Below, in pieces: positions 12,348 through 25,186 of a DNA stretch of 64,000 bases. This DNA is from Octopus sinensis. Its lineage: Eukaryota. Within the stretch, counting starts at the first letter, position 1. Each line of letters starts with the position of its first letter. A model generated the notes under the pieces. It was not told where the DNA came from. It did no database searches and saw only the letters and a program-made list of their open reading frames with translations. The stretch is taken from NCBI RefSeq assembly GCF_006345805.1, contig NC_043006.1, forward strand, positions 53,134,001 to 53,198,000, read 5' to 3'. The position numbers and the translations under genes were made by a program.

Positions 12348-12371
12348 GTATATATGTATATATATATATAT

Positions 12372-12402
<31 letters not shown>

Positions 12403-12469
12403 GGGGGGAGAGAGATATACACAAGCACACACACACACATAGATAGATACACATAATTTCTATGATCAA

Positions 12470-12850
12470 CAGGCATGGCTATGTGGTAAGAAGCTTGCTT
12501 CTCAACCGCATGGTTCCAGGTTCAGCCCCACTGTGTGTCACCTTGGGCAAGTGTTTTCTTCTATAGCCTCAGGCTGACCAAAACCTTGTGAGTGGATTTG
12601 GGAGAAGGAAACTGAAAGAAGCCTGTTGTATATATATACATATGTATTTGTTTGTGTGCTTGTGTTTGTCTCTCCATCATCGCTTGACAACCAAAGATGG
12701 TGTGTTTGCATCCCTGTAACTTAGCGGTTCGGCTAAAGATACCGATAGAATAAGTACTAGACTTACAAAGAATAAGTCCTGGGGTCGATTTGTTTGACTA
12801 AAAGCATTGCTCCAGCATGGCTGCAGTCAAATGACTGAAACAACTAAAAG
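12470..12850 (+). mobile_element. SINE family A
   Basis: Colinear with other A copies. Confidence 0.9.
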
Positions 12851-14342
12851 AAAGACTGAATGGTCCGTATTTCGTTTGACATTATCCTTCACAAAAACTA
12901 GTCTTTAATAATAATAACAATGTTTACAGAGAGCTATTAACAGAGTAGATAGAATCTCACATACTTATTCCACATAGCTACTGACATTAATTTCTGAAAC
13001 TCCATGCTTCACTTGCATCATTCCTCTTTTTACTCACAAAGTATCTGAGTTACAAATTTCAAAAAAATACCACCAAACAGAAGAGATTGATCTGCTTAAG
13101 TATATAAAATCAACTTCTAAATCTTCGAGCTACAAAAACATGTATGGCTTTCCTTGATATGAATGTTATTTAAAAAATTTTTTTCCTCTTCTTAAAGCTT
13201 CATTATCCCACTCCTCTCCATGTATTTTGGTAATGCATTCATGATTTTCTTCGGCTAAATATTTACTGTGAAGTGCTCTTCGAATCTTTGTGATAATATT
13301 AATCTCGTGCTTGCTGATTTATTCCATATATTCTTTGCTGTAATACTTGAAATTTAATAAGTGTTATCCGAAGGTTACAACATGATGAATAATCTTTCTG
13401 TGGATCAGTGCTAGCCTGCCTTTATCTTAGACAGAGTTTGTCAAGATTGTTGTTGTTGTTGCTAAGGATGTGTAGCCCTGTGAACAGCCTTGTGTATCTG
13501 GGACTACATTATTCAATGTGTCCTCCCTTTTCAATGCAGTAGAATGTAATTTGAAGGTGATTTGACTGATATTTCTAGCACATTCAGTGACAACATAGAA
13601 GTACTTGTTGCTGTTAATTATTGTTGGTGAAGAAAGAAGAATGAATCGCTGAAATTACTGGGGGTCAAAGAGGGCCATAGAGGACTATAGAGGGCCACAG
13701 AAGGCTAGAGAGGGCCATAGAGGTGGTGGTGGTGGTGGTGATTACATTGATGATGATGATGACGATGATGTCAATGATGATGAAATCCAGCTATGTTTGA
13801 CTTCATCCCTTCTGAATTGCTAAAATAGTCCCAATAATGTCCAAGCATTCTTCATTTTACAGAAGCATTGTGTTCCTGAAAATCTTGTAACACAGAGTTC
13901 CAAAACACAAAACATTTTTCTTTGGCTCTCCATGTTCATTGGCACAGAAGTCAATAAGAAAACAGATTTCTTAGCATAAAACTCAATATTATGGCAAGAT
14001 TTTTATTAACCCAACGCTTCTGTAATGCACGGAATAATAAACTGTACAAGTGTTTGTTTAATCAAGTTGATTAAAATGGTTAACAAGCAATGGTTTTGCC
14101 AATGCGGAAGATTTTGGGTAGCATTAAAAATTTTGTGGATGTTCCGTATCATAATTCGTTTTTTTTAGCATCCACTTTTCCATACTTACAAAGGTCAAAA
14201 AAAGCTAATTGAAGCAAATTTTCTATGGATAGATGCTCTTATTGTGTAGAAGGAAAGGCTAAAAATAAGGACACTCTTACTTCAAGACAAAATTAGAACA
14301 GAATATTCAAGGATCAGCAGAACTCAATGGTCATAGCTACAC

Positions 14343-14510
14343 ATAGGCGCAGGAGTGGCTGTGTGGTAAGTAGCTTGCTTACCAACCACATGGTTCTGGG
14401 TTCAGTCCTGCTGCGTGGTACCTTGAGCAAGTGTTTTCTATTATAGCCGCAGGCCGACCAAAGCCTTGTGAGTGGATTTGGTAGATAGAAACTGAAAGAA
14501 GCCCCTCGTA

Positions 14511-14563
<53 letters not shown>

Positions 14564-14818
14564 TATATATATTATATATATGTATGTGTGTGTGTGTGTG
14601 TGTGTGTTTGTGCGTCTGTGTTTGCCCCCCACCCCAACATCGCTTGACAACCGATGCTGGTGTGTTTACGTCCCCGTAACTTAGCGGTTCAGCAAGAGAG
14701 AGCGATAGAATAAGTACTAGGCTTCCAAAGAATAAGTCCTGGGGTCGATTTTCTCGACTAAAGGCGGTGCTCCAGCATGGCCGCAGTCAAATGACTGAAA
14801 CAAGTAAAAGAGTAAAAG
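14343..14818 (+). mobile_element. SINE family A, full length with expanded internal (TA)n(GT)n
   Basis: Colinear with other A copies. Confidence 0.9.
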
Positions 14819-15139
14819 GGAGTATGTGCACTACTCCAACGTCTGGCCAGAAACTTCTCCCTCTCAGAGACCCCTTCCACATGTCTGTTCCACTCAATGT
14901 CTTGATGAAGAAGGAGGCTGTTTAAAGGGCACATATTTTAATGTAGCATCACTTTCCCTCATTTTCAGTTGCAACAGCTCTCTCTTCACTCCTCCACATG
15001 TTGCTAATGCTGTTGCCAACGTTTTCCCGTTTCCGAGCAACCTTATATTTCCCCCATGGTCAGACATGTTGTCACAGAATATTAGAAAGGAATGACATTC
15101 ATTTACTACTATCAAACAATGTCAAGATGAGGGAACAAA

Positions 15140-15195
15140 TACACACGCACTTCACACACATACACACAACTCTCTCTCTCACACGCACACACAAA

Positions 15196-15226
<31 letters not shown>

Positions 15227-15450
15227 GCACACACGCACACACACACAGACACACATACACACCGACACGCACACACAGACTCATACACACACACACACAC
15301 CCATGACATGCACACACAGACTCACACACACACACAAGTACATACACACACTCACACACACACACAAACACACACACACACGCAGACTTTCACAAACACG
15401 CAGACACACACAAACTCTCATACACACACACACACACACACACACGCATA
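15140..15450. repeat. (CA)-rich degenerate microsatellite
   Basis: Direct. Confidence 0.9.
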
Positions 15451-15804
15451 TAAGCGACAGACTCCTTTCAGTTTCTCTCTTCCAGATCCACTCGCAAGGT
15501 TTTGTTCAGCCCAAAGGTACAGTAGAAAATACTTGCCCAGAGTGCCACAGAGTGGGATTGAACCTGAAACGATGTAGTCAGGAAGCATTCCTCTCAGCCA
15601 CACAATCTCGTCCATGCCAATAACCACTATCTATAACTTCATTTCCTTCAGGAATTCAGTTGACTATTCCAGATATCAGTGTCATTACAGGCACAGCAAG
15701 TACATTATGGTTACCGATTTATAGTTTACCAAGAGTAAAATTGATATCACGTACGACTTCTCATCGTCACTGTTATATTCTGAACTGTTATAATATTTAT
15801 TTCT

Positions 15805-16450
15805 TTATTGCCCACAGGAGGGCTAAACATAGAGGGGACAAACAAGGACAGACAAAGGGACTAAGTCAATTTCATTGACCCCAGTGTGTAACTGGTACTT
15901 ATTTAAATGACCCCCAAAAGGATGGAAGTCAAAGTCGATCTCAGCGGAATTTGAACTCAGAATGTAACAGCAAATGAAATACTGTTAAGCATTTTGCCCA
16001 GCGTGCTAACATTTCTGCCAACTTGCCGCCCTTAAATTATTTCTTTATTGCTCACAGGGGGCTAAAAATAGAGGGGAGAAACAAGGACAGACAAACGGAT
16101 TAATTCCATTACATCGACCCCAGTGCATAACTGGTACTTATTTAATCAACCCTGAAAGGATGAAAGGCAAAGTTGACCTCAGCAGAATTTGAACTCAGAA
16201 CGTAGCGGTAGACAAAATACCTATTTCTTTACTACCCACAAGGGGCTAAACACAGAGGGGACAAACAAAGACAGACAAATGAATTAAGTTGATTACATCG
16301 ACCCCAGTGCGTAACTGGTACTTATTTAATCAACCCCGAAAGGATGAAAGGCAAAGTTGACCTTGATGGAATTTGAACTCAGAACATAACAGCAGACTAC
16401 ATACCACTAAGCATTTTGCCCGGCGTGCTAAGGATTCTGCCAGCCCCTCG
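15805..16450 (-). mobile_element. Three head-to-tail SINE family B (tail-2) copies
   Basis: Three units starting atttcttta..cccacaag/gggggctaaa at about 15810, 16035 and 16222. Confidence 0.9.
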
Positions 16451-16934
16451 ACGCCCTATAACTGTTATAATATTAAATGTTCCTCAGGTTCTCTTATTAC
16501 TCTCCAATTGTGTATCTTCAACAAGCACTCCACGGTATCTCTATTCAATAATTCCTACGACCTGTACACTATCACTGCTCATATGACACTCTTCCCAGAC
16601 TGTTCTGTGTATGCTCATTTATACTAATTAGCATAGTTCACTTAGCCAGTCATGGGGGTGTACAGGTTCCCCCATACAACGTTAATGATGGTGCATGTCC
16701 TGGTGGATAGGGTGCTGCCAGCAGGATCACATGACTAAGGTTTCGATGCATTGTGTTCTTGAGCAAAACACTTCATTTTGTGTTTCCTCAGTCCACTCAG
16801 CTGTAAAAGATGAACCCTGTGACGGACTGGCACCCCCTGCAAGGGGGAATGATGTAGTCTTGGTCACTTATACACCATAAAAGCTGGGTGCCAATCCTAA
16901 GTCCTAGGACTTGAGACAATAATGTCCAGGGAAT

Positions 16935-16946
16935 GATGATGATGAT

Positions 16947-16996
<50 letters not shown>

Positions 16997-17039
16997 GTTG
17001 ATGATGATGATGATTGATGATGATGATGATGATGGTGAT

Positions 17040-17131
<92 letters not shown>

Positions 17132-17134
17132 GAT

Positions 17135-17178
<44 letters not shown>

Positions 17179-17392
17179 AATGATTGATGATGATGATGGT
17201 GGTGATGATGATGATGATGATGATGATGATAATGATTGATGATTGATGGAGATGATGATGATGATGATGATGAAGAGGAGGAAAATTATGATGATGATTG
17301 ATGATGATGATGATGATGGTTGATGATGATGATTGATGATGATGATGATGATGAGGATGATGATGATGATGATGACGATGGCGACAACAACA
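16935..17392. repeat. Interrupted (GAT)n tract
   Basis: Direct; recurrent gatt interruptions. Confidence 0.95.
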
Positions 17393-17622
17393 AAGAACTC
17401 CTGTTGCCGATTAGTTTTGTATTAGGGTAGTTATTTCCTGCATGTGAAATTGTGCTTTCGTATTTTTTTTTTCACAAGCAACTTGATAAATGCTTAGCAA
17501 ATTTCTCCAAGTGCTTAGTAGCCTTCTTTGTTGCTAGATATTGGAACAATAGTTTAAACCAGTGATAGCTAGGTTGTTGTCTGAGTTAATACTGTTCCTT
17601 GTTTCACATGCAGATGATAATA

Positions 17623-17722
17623 NNNNNNNNNNNNNNNNNNNNNNNNNNNNNNNNNNNNNNNNNNNNNNNNNNNNNNNNNNNNNNNNNNNNNNNNNNNNNN
17701 NNNNNNNNNNNNNNNNNNNNNN
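17623..17722. other. Assembly gap (100 N)
   Basis: Run of 100 N, probably a placeholder of unknown true length. Confidence 0.99.
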
Positions 17723-17792
17723 AGGTTCCTTCATTGGAATTTCAACAGTAACAAGTTATTATGTATGTATGTATGAATGTGTACGTATGTAC

Positions 17793-17871
<79 letters not shown>

Positions 17872-19022
17872 CTGTACGATTCATAGCAGTACAAAATATG
17901 TGACACACAAATATATCTATGTTAGGAACGTGGAGTAATATTTGCTTTATACTATTAATTCTACTACTACACCAACAACTAGTTCCGCGGGGTATCTGTT
18001 CCTACTGCAACAGTCACAGCAAGGTTCGGCGTGTGGGTATGAGTGTGTAGTAGAGAGAATCATTACAGATAAAGGTTATTCAGTGCAAAAGGTTACTCGG
18101 TGCACTTTCTCACAAAAGCAATATACAGATGAGAACTAATGAAAGAAGCGTATGAATATGTGAGAAGCGTTATTTGAAATTATCTCCCTTGTTATTTTAC
18201 TAATTGCTTGGACAATCTTTGTTGATGAAACTTTTTCAACTCATATAATTACATTTGTGACGCCTTCCTGAATTTCCACTTACAATCTAAAATATTTCCC
18301 AGAGATATTTTATCATAGCCATATTGTTTGAATGTATATTAACTGGTAACTGTGTGTATGTATTAACGGTTGAATTGCTCTGGCATGTATCTTCAAAAAT
18401 GTAATGTTTATTGTAGTGGTTTCATGTCGGCATAGCGTGGATTCGATCCTCGATCACCAAATTTCATTTAACAGTTCAACAGCACTTTTCTTACGGTAAA
18501 ACAATAGTTTTTCTGAGTGACAGCAGTTACATTTGCCAGTTGCCTTCGCTAAGCAAAATAATAATGTTTTTGCTACTTGACCCTTCTAACCGCTTCTCGG
18601 CCACCAAAAGCAAGGACAAAGCTAACAGACCTCCAACGAAATCTATTGTTCTCAACAATATGTCTATCTTCTGGCTGGTTTTCGATAGTTATAGAAAGAA
18701 GACGTCCGTTAGCTAAAGTCAGTCAGTGAGAGCGACCATCAGTGAGTGCGAACGGACAACTAGTCATGGCCACAAGCAGGTAGCCACTAGAGACCAAACG
18801 GCCAGAGGTAAGAAAGTTACAATCAGTGACTATGCGATATAACTTCCCTCGACTCTCACTTTCACTAACTCACTTTCTTTTCTCTGTAATATAACCATAT
18901 CTCTCTATAATATACTACTATGAGATCGTATACACTAATACCGGCTGAAATTAACTCTTTATACCTCGTATGCTTTTCCATTTACTAGTTATACATACCA
19001 ATCCGTCGTGTTTTGGATATAT

Positions 19023-19024
<2 letters not shown>

Positions 19025-19112
<88 letters not shown>
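19025..19112. repeat. (CT)n microsatellite
   Basis: Direct. Confidence 0.95.
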
Positions 19113-19114
<2 letters not shown>

Positions 19115-19460
19115 TCTTTTACTTGTTTCAGTCATGTGACTGCGGCCATGCTGGAGCACCGCATTTAGTCGAGCAAATCGACCCCAGAACTTATTCTTTA
19201 TAAGTCTAGTACTTATTCTATCGGTCTCTCTTGCCGAACCGCTAAATTACGGGGACGTAAACACACACACACACATATATGTTGGGGGGACAAACACAGA
19301 CACACACACATACATATATACATATATACGACGGGCTTCTTTCAGTTTCCGTCTACCAAATCCACTAACAAGGGTTTGGTCGGCCCGAGGCTATAGTAGA
19401 AGACACTTGCCCAAGGTGCCACGCAGTGGGACTGAACTTGGAACCATTTGGTTCGTGAAC
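19112..19460 (-). mobile_element. SINE family A
   Basis: Reverse complement of the A consensus with a small internal deletion. Confidence 0.9.
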
Positions 19461-20167
19461 GAGCTAAAGTAACAGCAATTAAATATTTTCTTAAACTTCA
19501 ATCACTGTTCTTCCATCTTGCATACTGGCAACCAACACCTTAACAGCAAACCGTTACATTATATTTGATTATATGTGTGTATATGTATTAGTGATGCCTC
19601 ACGCACAAAAAGTGTGGTGTGTGTGTGCGCGCGCACGCGCGTCTTTATCACACCCTCTACGTCGCTTAACAACCGATGTTGCTTTGTTTACGTTACCATT
19701 ACTTAGCTGTTGGGCCAAAGAGACCGATAGAATAAATACCAGACTGAAAAGAAATATTAGTACCAAGGTCGGTTTGTTCGGCTAATCCTTCGTTGCGGTG
19801 CTCCAACATGGCCGCTGTCCCATGACTGAATCAAGTAGAAGATAAAAGTTATATCAGTGAGTAAATGGATTTTCGCTGGTTTCATTGATGATGGTTGTCT
19901 TCTGAATTTGCTTGTCCAATGAATTAACGCGAAAGTCTCTGAGCATTCCACAGAAAAGCTGTACCTTTGAATTCCGGGTACAAGCAATTCAACGGTCCTC
20001 TGCATTGCTTCTGTCAACTGTGTTTCGTTCACAGGTCTTGTGTGGATTTTTGTTTGTTGTAAAGGACACTTGCTGAAGAATTCACGCTGTGGGATTGACA
20101 CTTGATCGACCCTCGTGATTACAAAGCAAACTTGTTCACCATTCGACCATGCTGCACTCAAGTATGT

Positions 20168-20492
20168 AAAGACTCCCTTCGGTCATGAATGACCATGGGA
20201 TTGTACCTAGAAAATTCCCTCCCAGGCACAAGTCCAGGCTAGGTTGTTTGTGGAAGACCAGCAGTCGCTCATGCATACCAGCCTCCCTCTCCACACCACT
20301 GATCTTACCCAAGAGAAAGGCAAAGGCCGATACAGCTCGGCACCAGTAACATCACAACCCATTTCTACATTTGAGTGAACTGGAGCAATGTGGAATAAAG
20401 TGTCTTGCTCGAAAACACAATACACAGCCCGGTCCGGGGATCGAACTCACTACTTCATTATTGTGAGCCTGAGCACTAACCACTGAACTATG
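20168..20492 (-). mobile_element. SINE family D (tRNA head, CORE-like middle, distinct tail)
   Basis: Head (minus) ggcgcatagttcagtggttagtg...gagttcgatccc; second copy at 55528-55835. Confidence 0.8.
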
Positions 20493-22004
20493 CGCCTTCA
20501 CATTATATGTAAATACACTAGCGGAATAACCAGTGTCGCCTGGAAAAGCAGATGAATCAGTTGCTGACTAGTCTTTTGTATTATTTGTAGTAGATTTATG
20601 ACGCAAAATATTACTTCCAGCAAAACGCAGATTGGCAATTCTCAAATTAAAGCTTCAGAATAATTCTGTTAGTTTTTCTCCCTTGAGCATTGTCGTTATG
20701 TCTGTTCTGGCTTCCAACGAGTCGACATTTCACACACATTCATGAAAGAAACGAGGATTTTCAGCTGCTGTCAAGCTGCTCCTCGACATCTATTTGTCCT
20801 TGGGATTTGTTCATGGACAATGAGAATCTTACAAGTATAGGAATTTGAAAATTCTTGAACTGAAAAATATAAATAGGATGGTAACACAGTGGCGAGGGAC
20901 ACTTGGGAAATGTTTATTAAAAGAAAAAACTTTACGCGGAATTATTTCTGAATATTGCTGAGATTTTTAGGAAAATAGTCTCTTCTAAAATAGTCTTCAC
21001 ACGTATTCTCAAACAGATATGCAATGTGAAATATGTGGAAAATATTTTGTCTATAACAGTGTCAATTAGAAAATAGCTGTTGCAGCTCCCTCATCACACC
21101 GCTACCCTCATACAGAAGGAAATATACGTCAGACAACTTAATCAGACATTTGCTTTAAAATGCCAGGTGGTCAAGGATTGAATGTTTTCCATGATATATC
21201 GGCTCGATCAGAGTTGAACTAGAGTTAACCAACAAAATACAGTATAACAAACTACTACACCGAGCTCTTGGCCACTCTAGCTCTACCATGCGTAAGACCC
21301 TCCCAGACATAAACCCATCATTCCTCACAACACATGCTACCATTTATCATACTACAAGGGATACTCATCCCTCCGACTGGGATTTTGTGGCACGTAGACT
21401 AAAATGTTTGCGTAGATGTTTCTTTTTTTTTTTTTCGGTGTATTAAAACGTTAGGAAAAGCATGCATAAATGTTACCTTTGACGTATACTAATTTATCTA
21501 CACATACATAGATGCTTGTGCGGATGCGTGTCTATACACCCACAGCTATCTTTGCTTTGATTTTTAACTTTTATTTGTGGATAAAAAAAACATGACGATG
21601 AATTTACCGATAATGCATTGGTTCATTATATAATTACCTTGAGGTGAAATTAAGGTGATATATATATATTTATAACGATGTAATTACTCAGCCGGAATTT
21701 ACAGCGAGGATTTTACCGAAAAATGACAGAAATCAGTTGGAAAACCAGGTCAACTCTAATCTGCAATATCAAAACATTTTCATCAGCTGACCTTACAGGA
21801 ATTACTTACTTTGGTTTACTGTTTTTAAATTTCAGATAGTCAGTGGGAATTTTTGTGTACAAATTGCTTGAATACTTTCAGTTGATCGCTTTCCTCCTCA
21901 CTATATCACATGTCAAACTCTACTATATTTGTATTTAGTTGCATAATGTTTCTCTAAGGTATTTCCCTCTGACATTTTCGTACTCTGTGTGTGTGTGTGT
22001 GTAA

Positions 22005-22200
22005 TCTTGTTTCGGTCATTTGGCTCCGGCCATGCTAGGACACAGACTTGAAGAATTTTAGTCGAACGAATCGAACCCCGTATTATTTGTTTAAGCCTGG
22101 TACTTGTTCTATCGGGTCTCTTTTGCCGAACCGCTAAGTTACGGGGAATATAAATACACCAACGCCAGTTGTCAAGCAGTTGTGGAGGAAACACACACAT
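22005..22200 (-). mobile_element. SINE family A 3' half
   Basis: Reverse complement of the A tail. Confidence 0.8.
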
Positions 22201-22225
22201 ACATATATACATATATATATATATA

Positions 22226-23259
22226 CAGGATGCGTAAGATATTTGAGAATAGATTTAGGTTTATAAAGAAAAATAGATATATAATGATAGATAATAACTT
22301 TATTTATCAAAAAATGCTATGAGGATAAAAAATAAACCTTCTTTTCTATAATGTTATTCAATAAAGCCACCTTCAGCTTCAATAACTGCTTCTATACGAA
22401 ATCTAAATCATCTACATGCTCGAAGTAACTGGTCCTGGTTCATTTTGATCATTACTCTGACTATGCCAGCTTTCAAAGAATCTTTGGCGTTATGGGCGTG
22501 TTCATTGACTTCTCTCTCAACAATGCTCCACATGTAATAGTCCAATGAATTGAGATCTGAGGAATTAGGAGGCCAAATGTTAGGGGTTATGTAATCATGA
22601 AAATTTTCAGCTATCCATTCCTGTGTTACTAGAGCCATGTGTGATAGTACAGAGTCTTACTGGCCTTCCATTGCATACACTGTCTTGGTCGAAGTTTTTT
22701 TCGTTTGAGAAAAACCAAATCAAAACTTCTGCTGCATTTTTCAGTTTGTTTAAGAGCCTTTTAGATCTGATGTACTGTTTTCTTTTGCTTTTACTGACAA
22801 ATTGACCTTTCCTCATCATATACGACTTATATCTGATGTCTTTGTGGACAACATTTCTGTCTGTTCCTTCTGACACATGGAGATCTTTTACAATTTACCA
22901 CATCGACTTTCTGAGATTGTAATCAATGGTCTGTTGAACTTGCTGGATAAATTCAAGTGTTCTGATGATTTCAGAGTGTTTATAATGCTTTTTATGCCTT
23001 GATACTGGTGATACATTTCCATCTTCAGTCTCTAACTCCTTACAAACTTTGTAGACGAAAGATCTGGCAACTTTTAAAAATCGATATATTTCTAAATCGC
23101 TATGCTCTGCTTTTATAACCACAATAACAGCATGTCTCTTCATTTCTTGTGTAAGTTGAGGGTCTGGCATTATTTTATGAAACAAAGATTTTACAGAATT
23201 AGCAAAACATGCAGCAATGACCCCAAAAATGTATGTCCTCAAATACCTTACGCACCATG
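22226..23259 (-). mobile_element. maT-type (DD37D) Tc1/mariner transposon, internally deleted
   Basis: TA-CAGGATGCGTAAGATATTTGAG ... CTCAAATACCTTACGCACCATG-TA ends; motifs WFFSNEKNF, QDSVLSH, WPPNSSDLNSLDYYMW with 37 residues between the 2nd and 3rd D; N-terminal HTH-like MKRHAVIVVIKAEHSDLEIYRFLKVARSFVYK; frameshifts. Confidence 0.9.
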
Positions 23260-23449
23260 TATGTATGTGTGTATATATATATATATATGTAATATCTATA
23301 TATATATATATATATTATATATATATATATATATATATTTATAATAAGAGTAGATCGTATACGAGTGGGTATATATTTGTAAAAAAGAAGTTTGAAAACG
23401 CCACTATATTAGATAAATTTTAATTTTCTTATGAATTTTACATGTTTCG

Positions 23450-23635
23450 GTTCTTGAAAAAACGAACCTTATCAAAAATATTATAAAAAGTGTAATGGAG
23501 AAGAAAAGTGTAATGGAGAAGTTCATAATCGTTTCTAACTGGTCTCAATAGAATCCATGTTCTTGAAAAAACGAACCTTATCAAAAATATTATACAAAGT
23601 GAAAATTGAAAAGTTCATAATCGTTTCTTACTGTT
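23450..23635. repeat. Direct repeat with 109-bp offset (2 copies)
   Basis: gttcttgaaaaaacgaaccttatcaaaaatattata at 23450 and 23559; aagttcataatcgtttct in both. Confidence 0.85.
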
Positions 23636-23649
23636 AATCGCTATATTCC

Positions 23650-25136
23650 TATTGAGTGTATTGAAGAAGTCCATTATTGTTTCTTGCTGGTATTAAAAGG
23701 AACCGCTTTTTTGTTACCTTGTGTTCCAATGGTAGCAACAGTAGTGATTGTTGGTCGTAGTAGTTGGTCGTAATTTTGGCAACCTTGGTGGTGGTTGGGG
23801 TTAGTAGTAGAGGACTGTTGATCGTAGCAGCAAAAGTGGTGGGTTCACTGGCACTGTTCACTGACGTCACATAATTCCAAACCAATCAAAGCCTAACTTC
23901 AACGAATACAAGGTAAAGACCCCCAACTATATCCTGTAAGGAAACCAACCAAGTAGAACGACAAGCTTGACCACGGAAGAAAAACGTCATCAATTTTTTA
24001 ACGAATCAAAATCAGATCTGCTCGCAGAAAAAAAAATTTTCTTTATAAATTCATTTTTCCCTAAAACATACCACTGCAAGCGGGAGTGACTGTTTAAAGA
24101 TCTGAGAAATTGTAATTCCACAATTGTAATTGTGGTAGAATTTCCTTTTTCCTTTTCGGAAGACCAATGTTTTGTTTTAATATTCCTGGCCCAGGGTGTT
24201 CAAACTTGGTCTAAATTTTTTGATGAAATAAAGTTCTTTATTTTGGCGTTGGGTGAAGGTTACGCTGTCACTGAATTTGTAAAGTGGGTAAGTTGTGAAT
24301 TTCGGATTTTCATTTGTAGCACATCTATCTATGTGTTCGCTGACTGGTATTTTCCGGTATTCAGGGTTTCTAATTTGGGATTTATGCACCGCCATCCTTT
24401 TACGTAAGCTATTTTTTGTATGGCCTATATACTGCCTATTGCAGCCTGCGCATGTTAAGACGTAAATTAAGTTTTCTGATGCACAGGTGAAGTTTGTTCT
24501 AATGGTGAACTGATGGCCTTGTTCTAGTATAAATTCTGAACCTTCCACCAAGATGACACAGATTCCGCAGTTGGGCCTTCCACATTTTCTAACTGCTGGT
24601 TTTGTGGTTGATGTTGAGTGCAGTTTAGCTTGTGTTATAATCTTTTTCAAGGATTTTGGTTGCCGTTTACTTTTAATGATGGTGTGTGTTTCGAGGATCT
24701 GGTTCATCTTTGAGTCTCCCTTTAGTGGTGCTGTGCTTTGTAGTATGGTGCTGAAGGCCTCATTGTTAAGTGGGTTGTGTGTAGAGATGTAGGGAAGGGT
24801 TTTTAATTTTCTTTTTTTTTTTGTTTTGTTTGTCTCAGGTCTTCTATACTTAATTTAAGTGCCTGTTGGATTGCACTGTCTATTAGGGGCTGTGGATAAT
24901 TTCTATTTATGAGTGTAGTTCTAAGTTCCTGGAGACGTTTGTGTCTGATATTATGGTGCAAATCCTTCTAGCTAAACAAAACATTTATTCTAGTGTGTCT
25001 TGGGTGGCATGAATCAAAGCGTAGGTACTGTTTGGAGTCTGTCGGTTTATAATAGATATCTGTCTCTATTTTGTTGCCGGCTTTCTTAATGAGGATGTCT
25101 AAAAATGGTAATTCCTCTTCGTTATGATCCACCGTG
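23650..25136 (-). mobile_element. 5'-truncated Penelope-like element (RT thumb + GIY-YIG endonuclease), probably Neptune-like; 3' boundary uncertain
   Basis: ELPFLDILI..IETDIYYKPTDSKQYL..SCHP..LARRIC thumb; CGRPNCGIC linker; NLIYVLTC..CNRQYIGHT..LRKRMAVH..ELYFIKKFRPSLN endonuclease. Confidence 0.92.
24177..24707 (-). CDS. GIY-YIG endonuclease domain of the Penelope-like ORF (open 176 aa; frame extends upstream without ATG)
   Basis: ORF track; IY...YIG, conserved R, H and E, and terminal LN. Confidence 0.85.
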   Translation of the reverse strand: MNQILETHTIIKSKRQPKSLKKIITQAKLHSTSTTKPAVRKCGRPNCGICVILVEGSEFILEQGHQFTIRTNFTCASENLIYVLTCAGCNRQYIGHTKNSLRKRMAVHKSQIRNPEYRKIPVSEHIDRCATNENPKFTTYPLYKFSDSVTFTQRQNKELYFIKKFRPSLNTLGQEY

Positions 25137-25186
25137 GGAATTACCATTTTTAGACATCCTCATTAAGAAAGCCGGCAACAAAATAG
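25066..25186. repeat. Perfect 50-bp inverted repeat with 21-nt spacer at the PLE 5' truncation point
   Basis: 25066-25115 is the exact reverse complement of 25137-25186. Confidence 0.97.

Noticed and set aside
13800-14300. Possible Chapaev-like transposase remnant (EHGE motif on minus strand)
   Set aside because: Only four residues match; surrounding motifs cannot be recovered.
14826-15130. Possible RTE thumb remnant on minus strand
   Set aside because: Similarity is too weak to call by eye.
17920-19020. Possible solo LTR(s)
   Set aside because: TG starts and LTR-like composition, but no CA end with a matching TSD could be identified.
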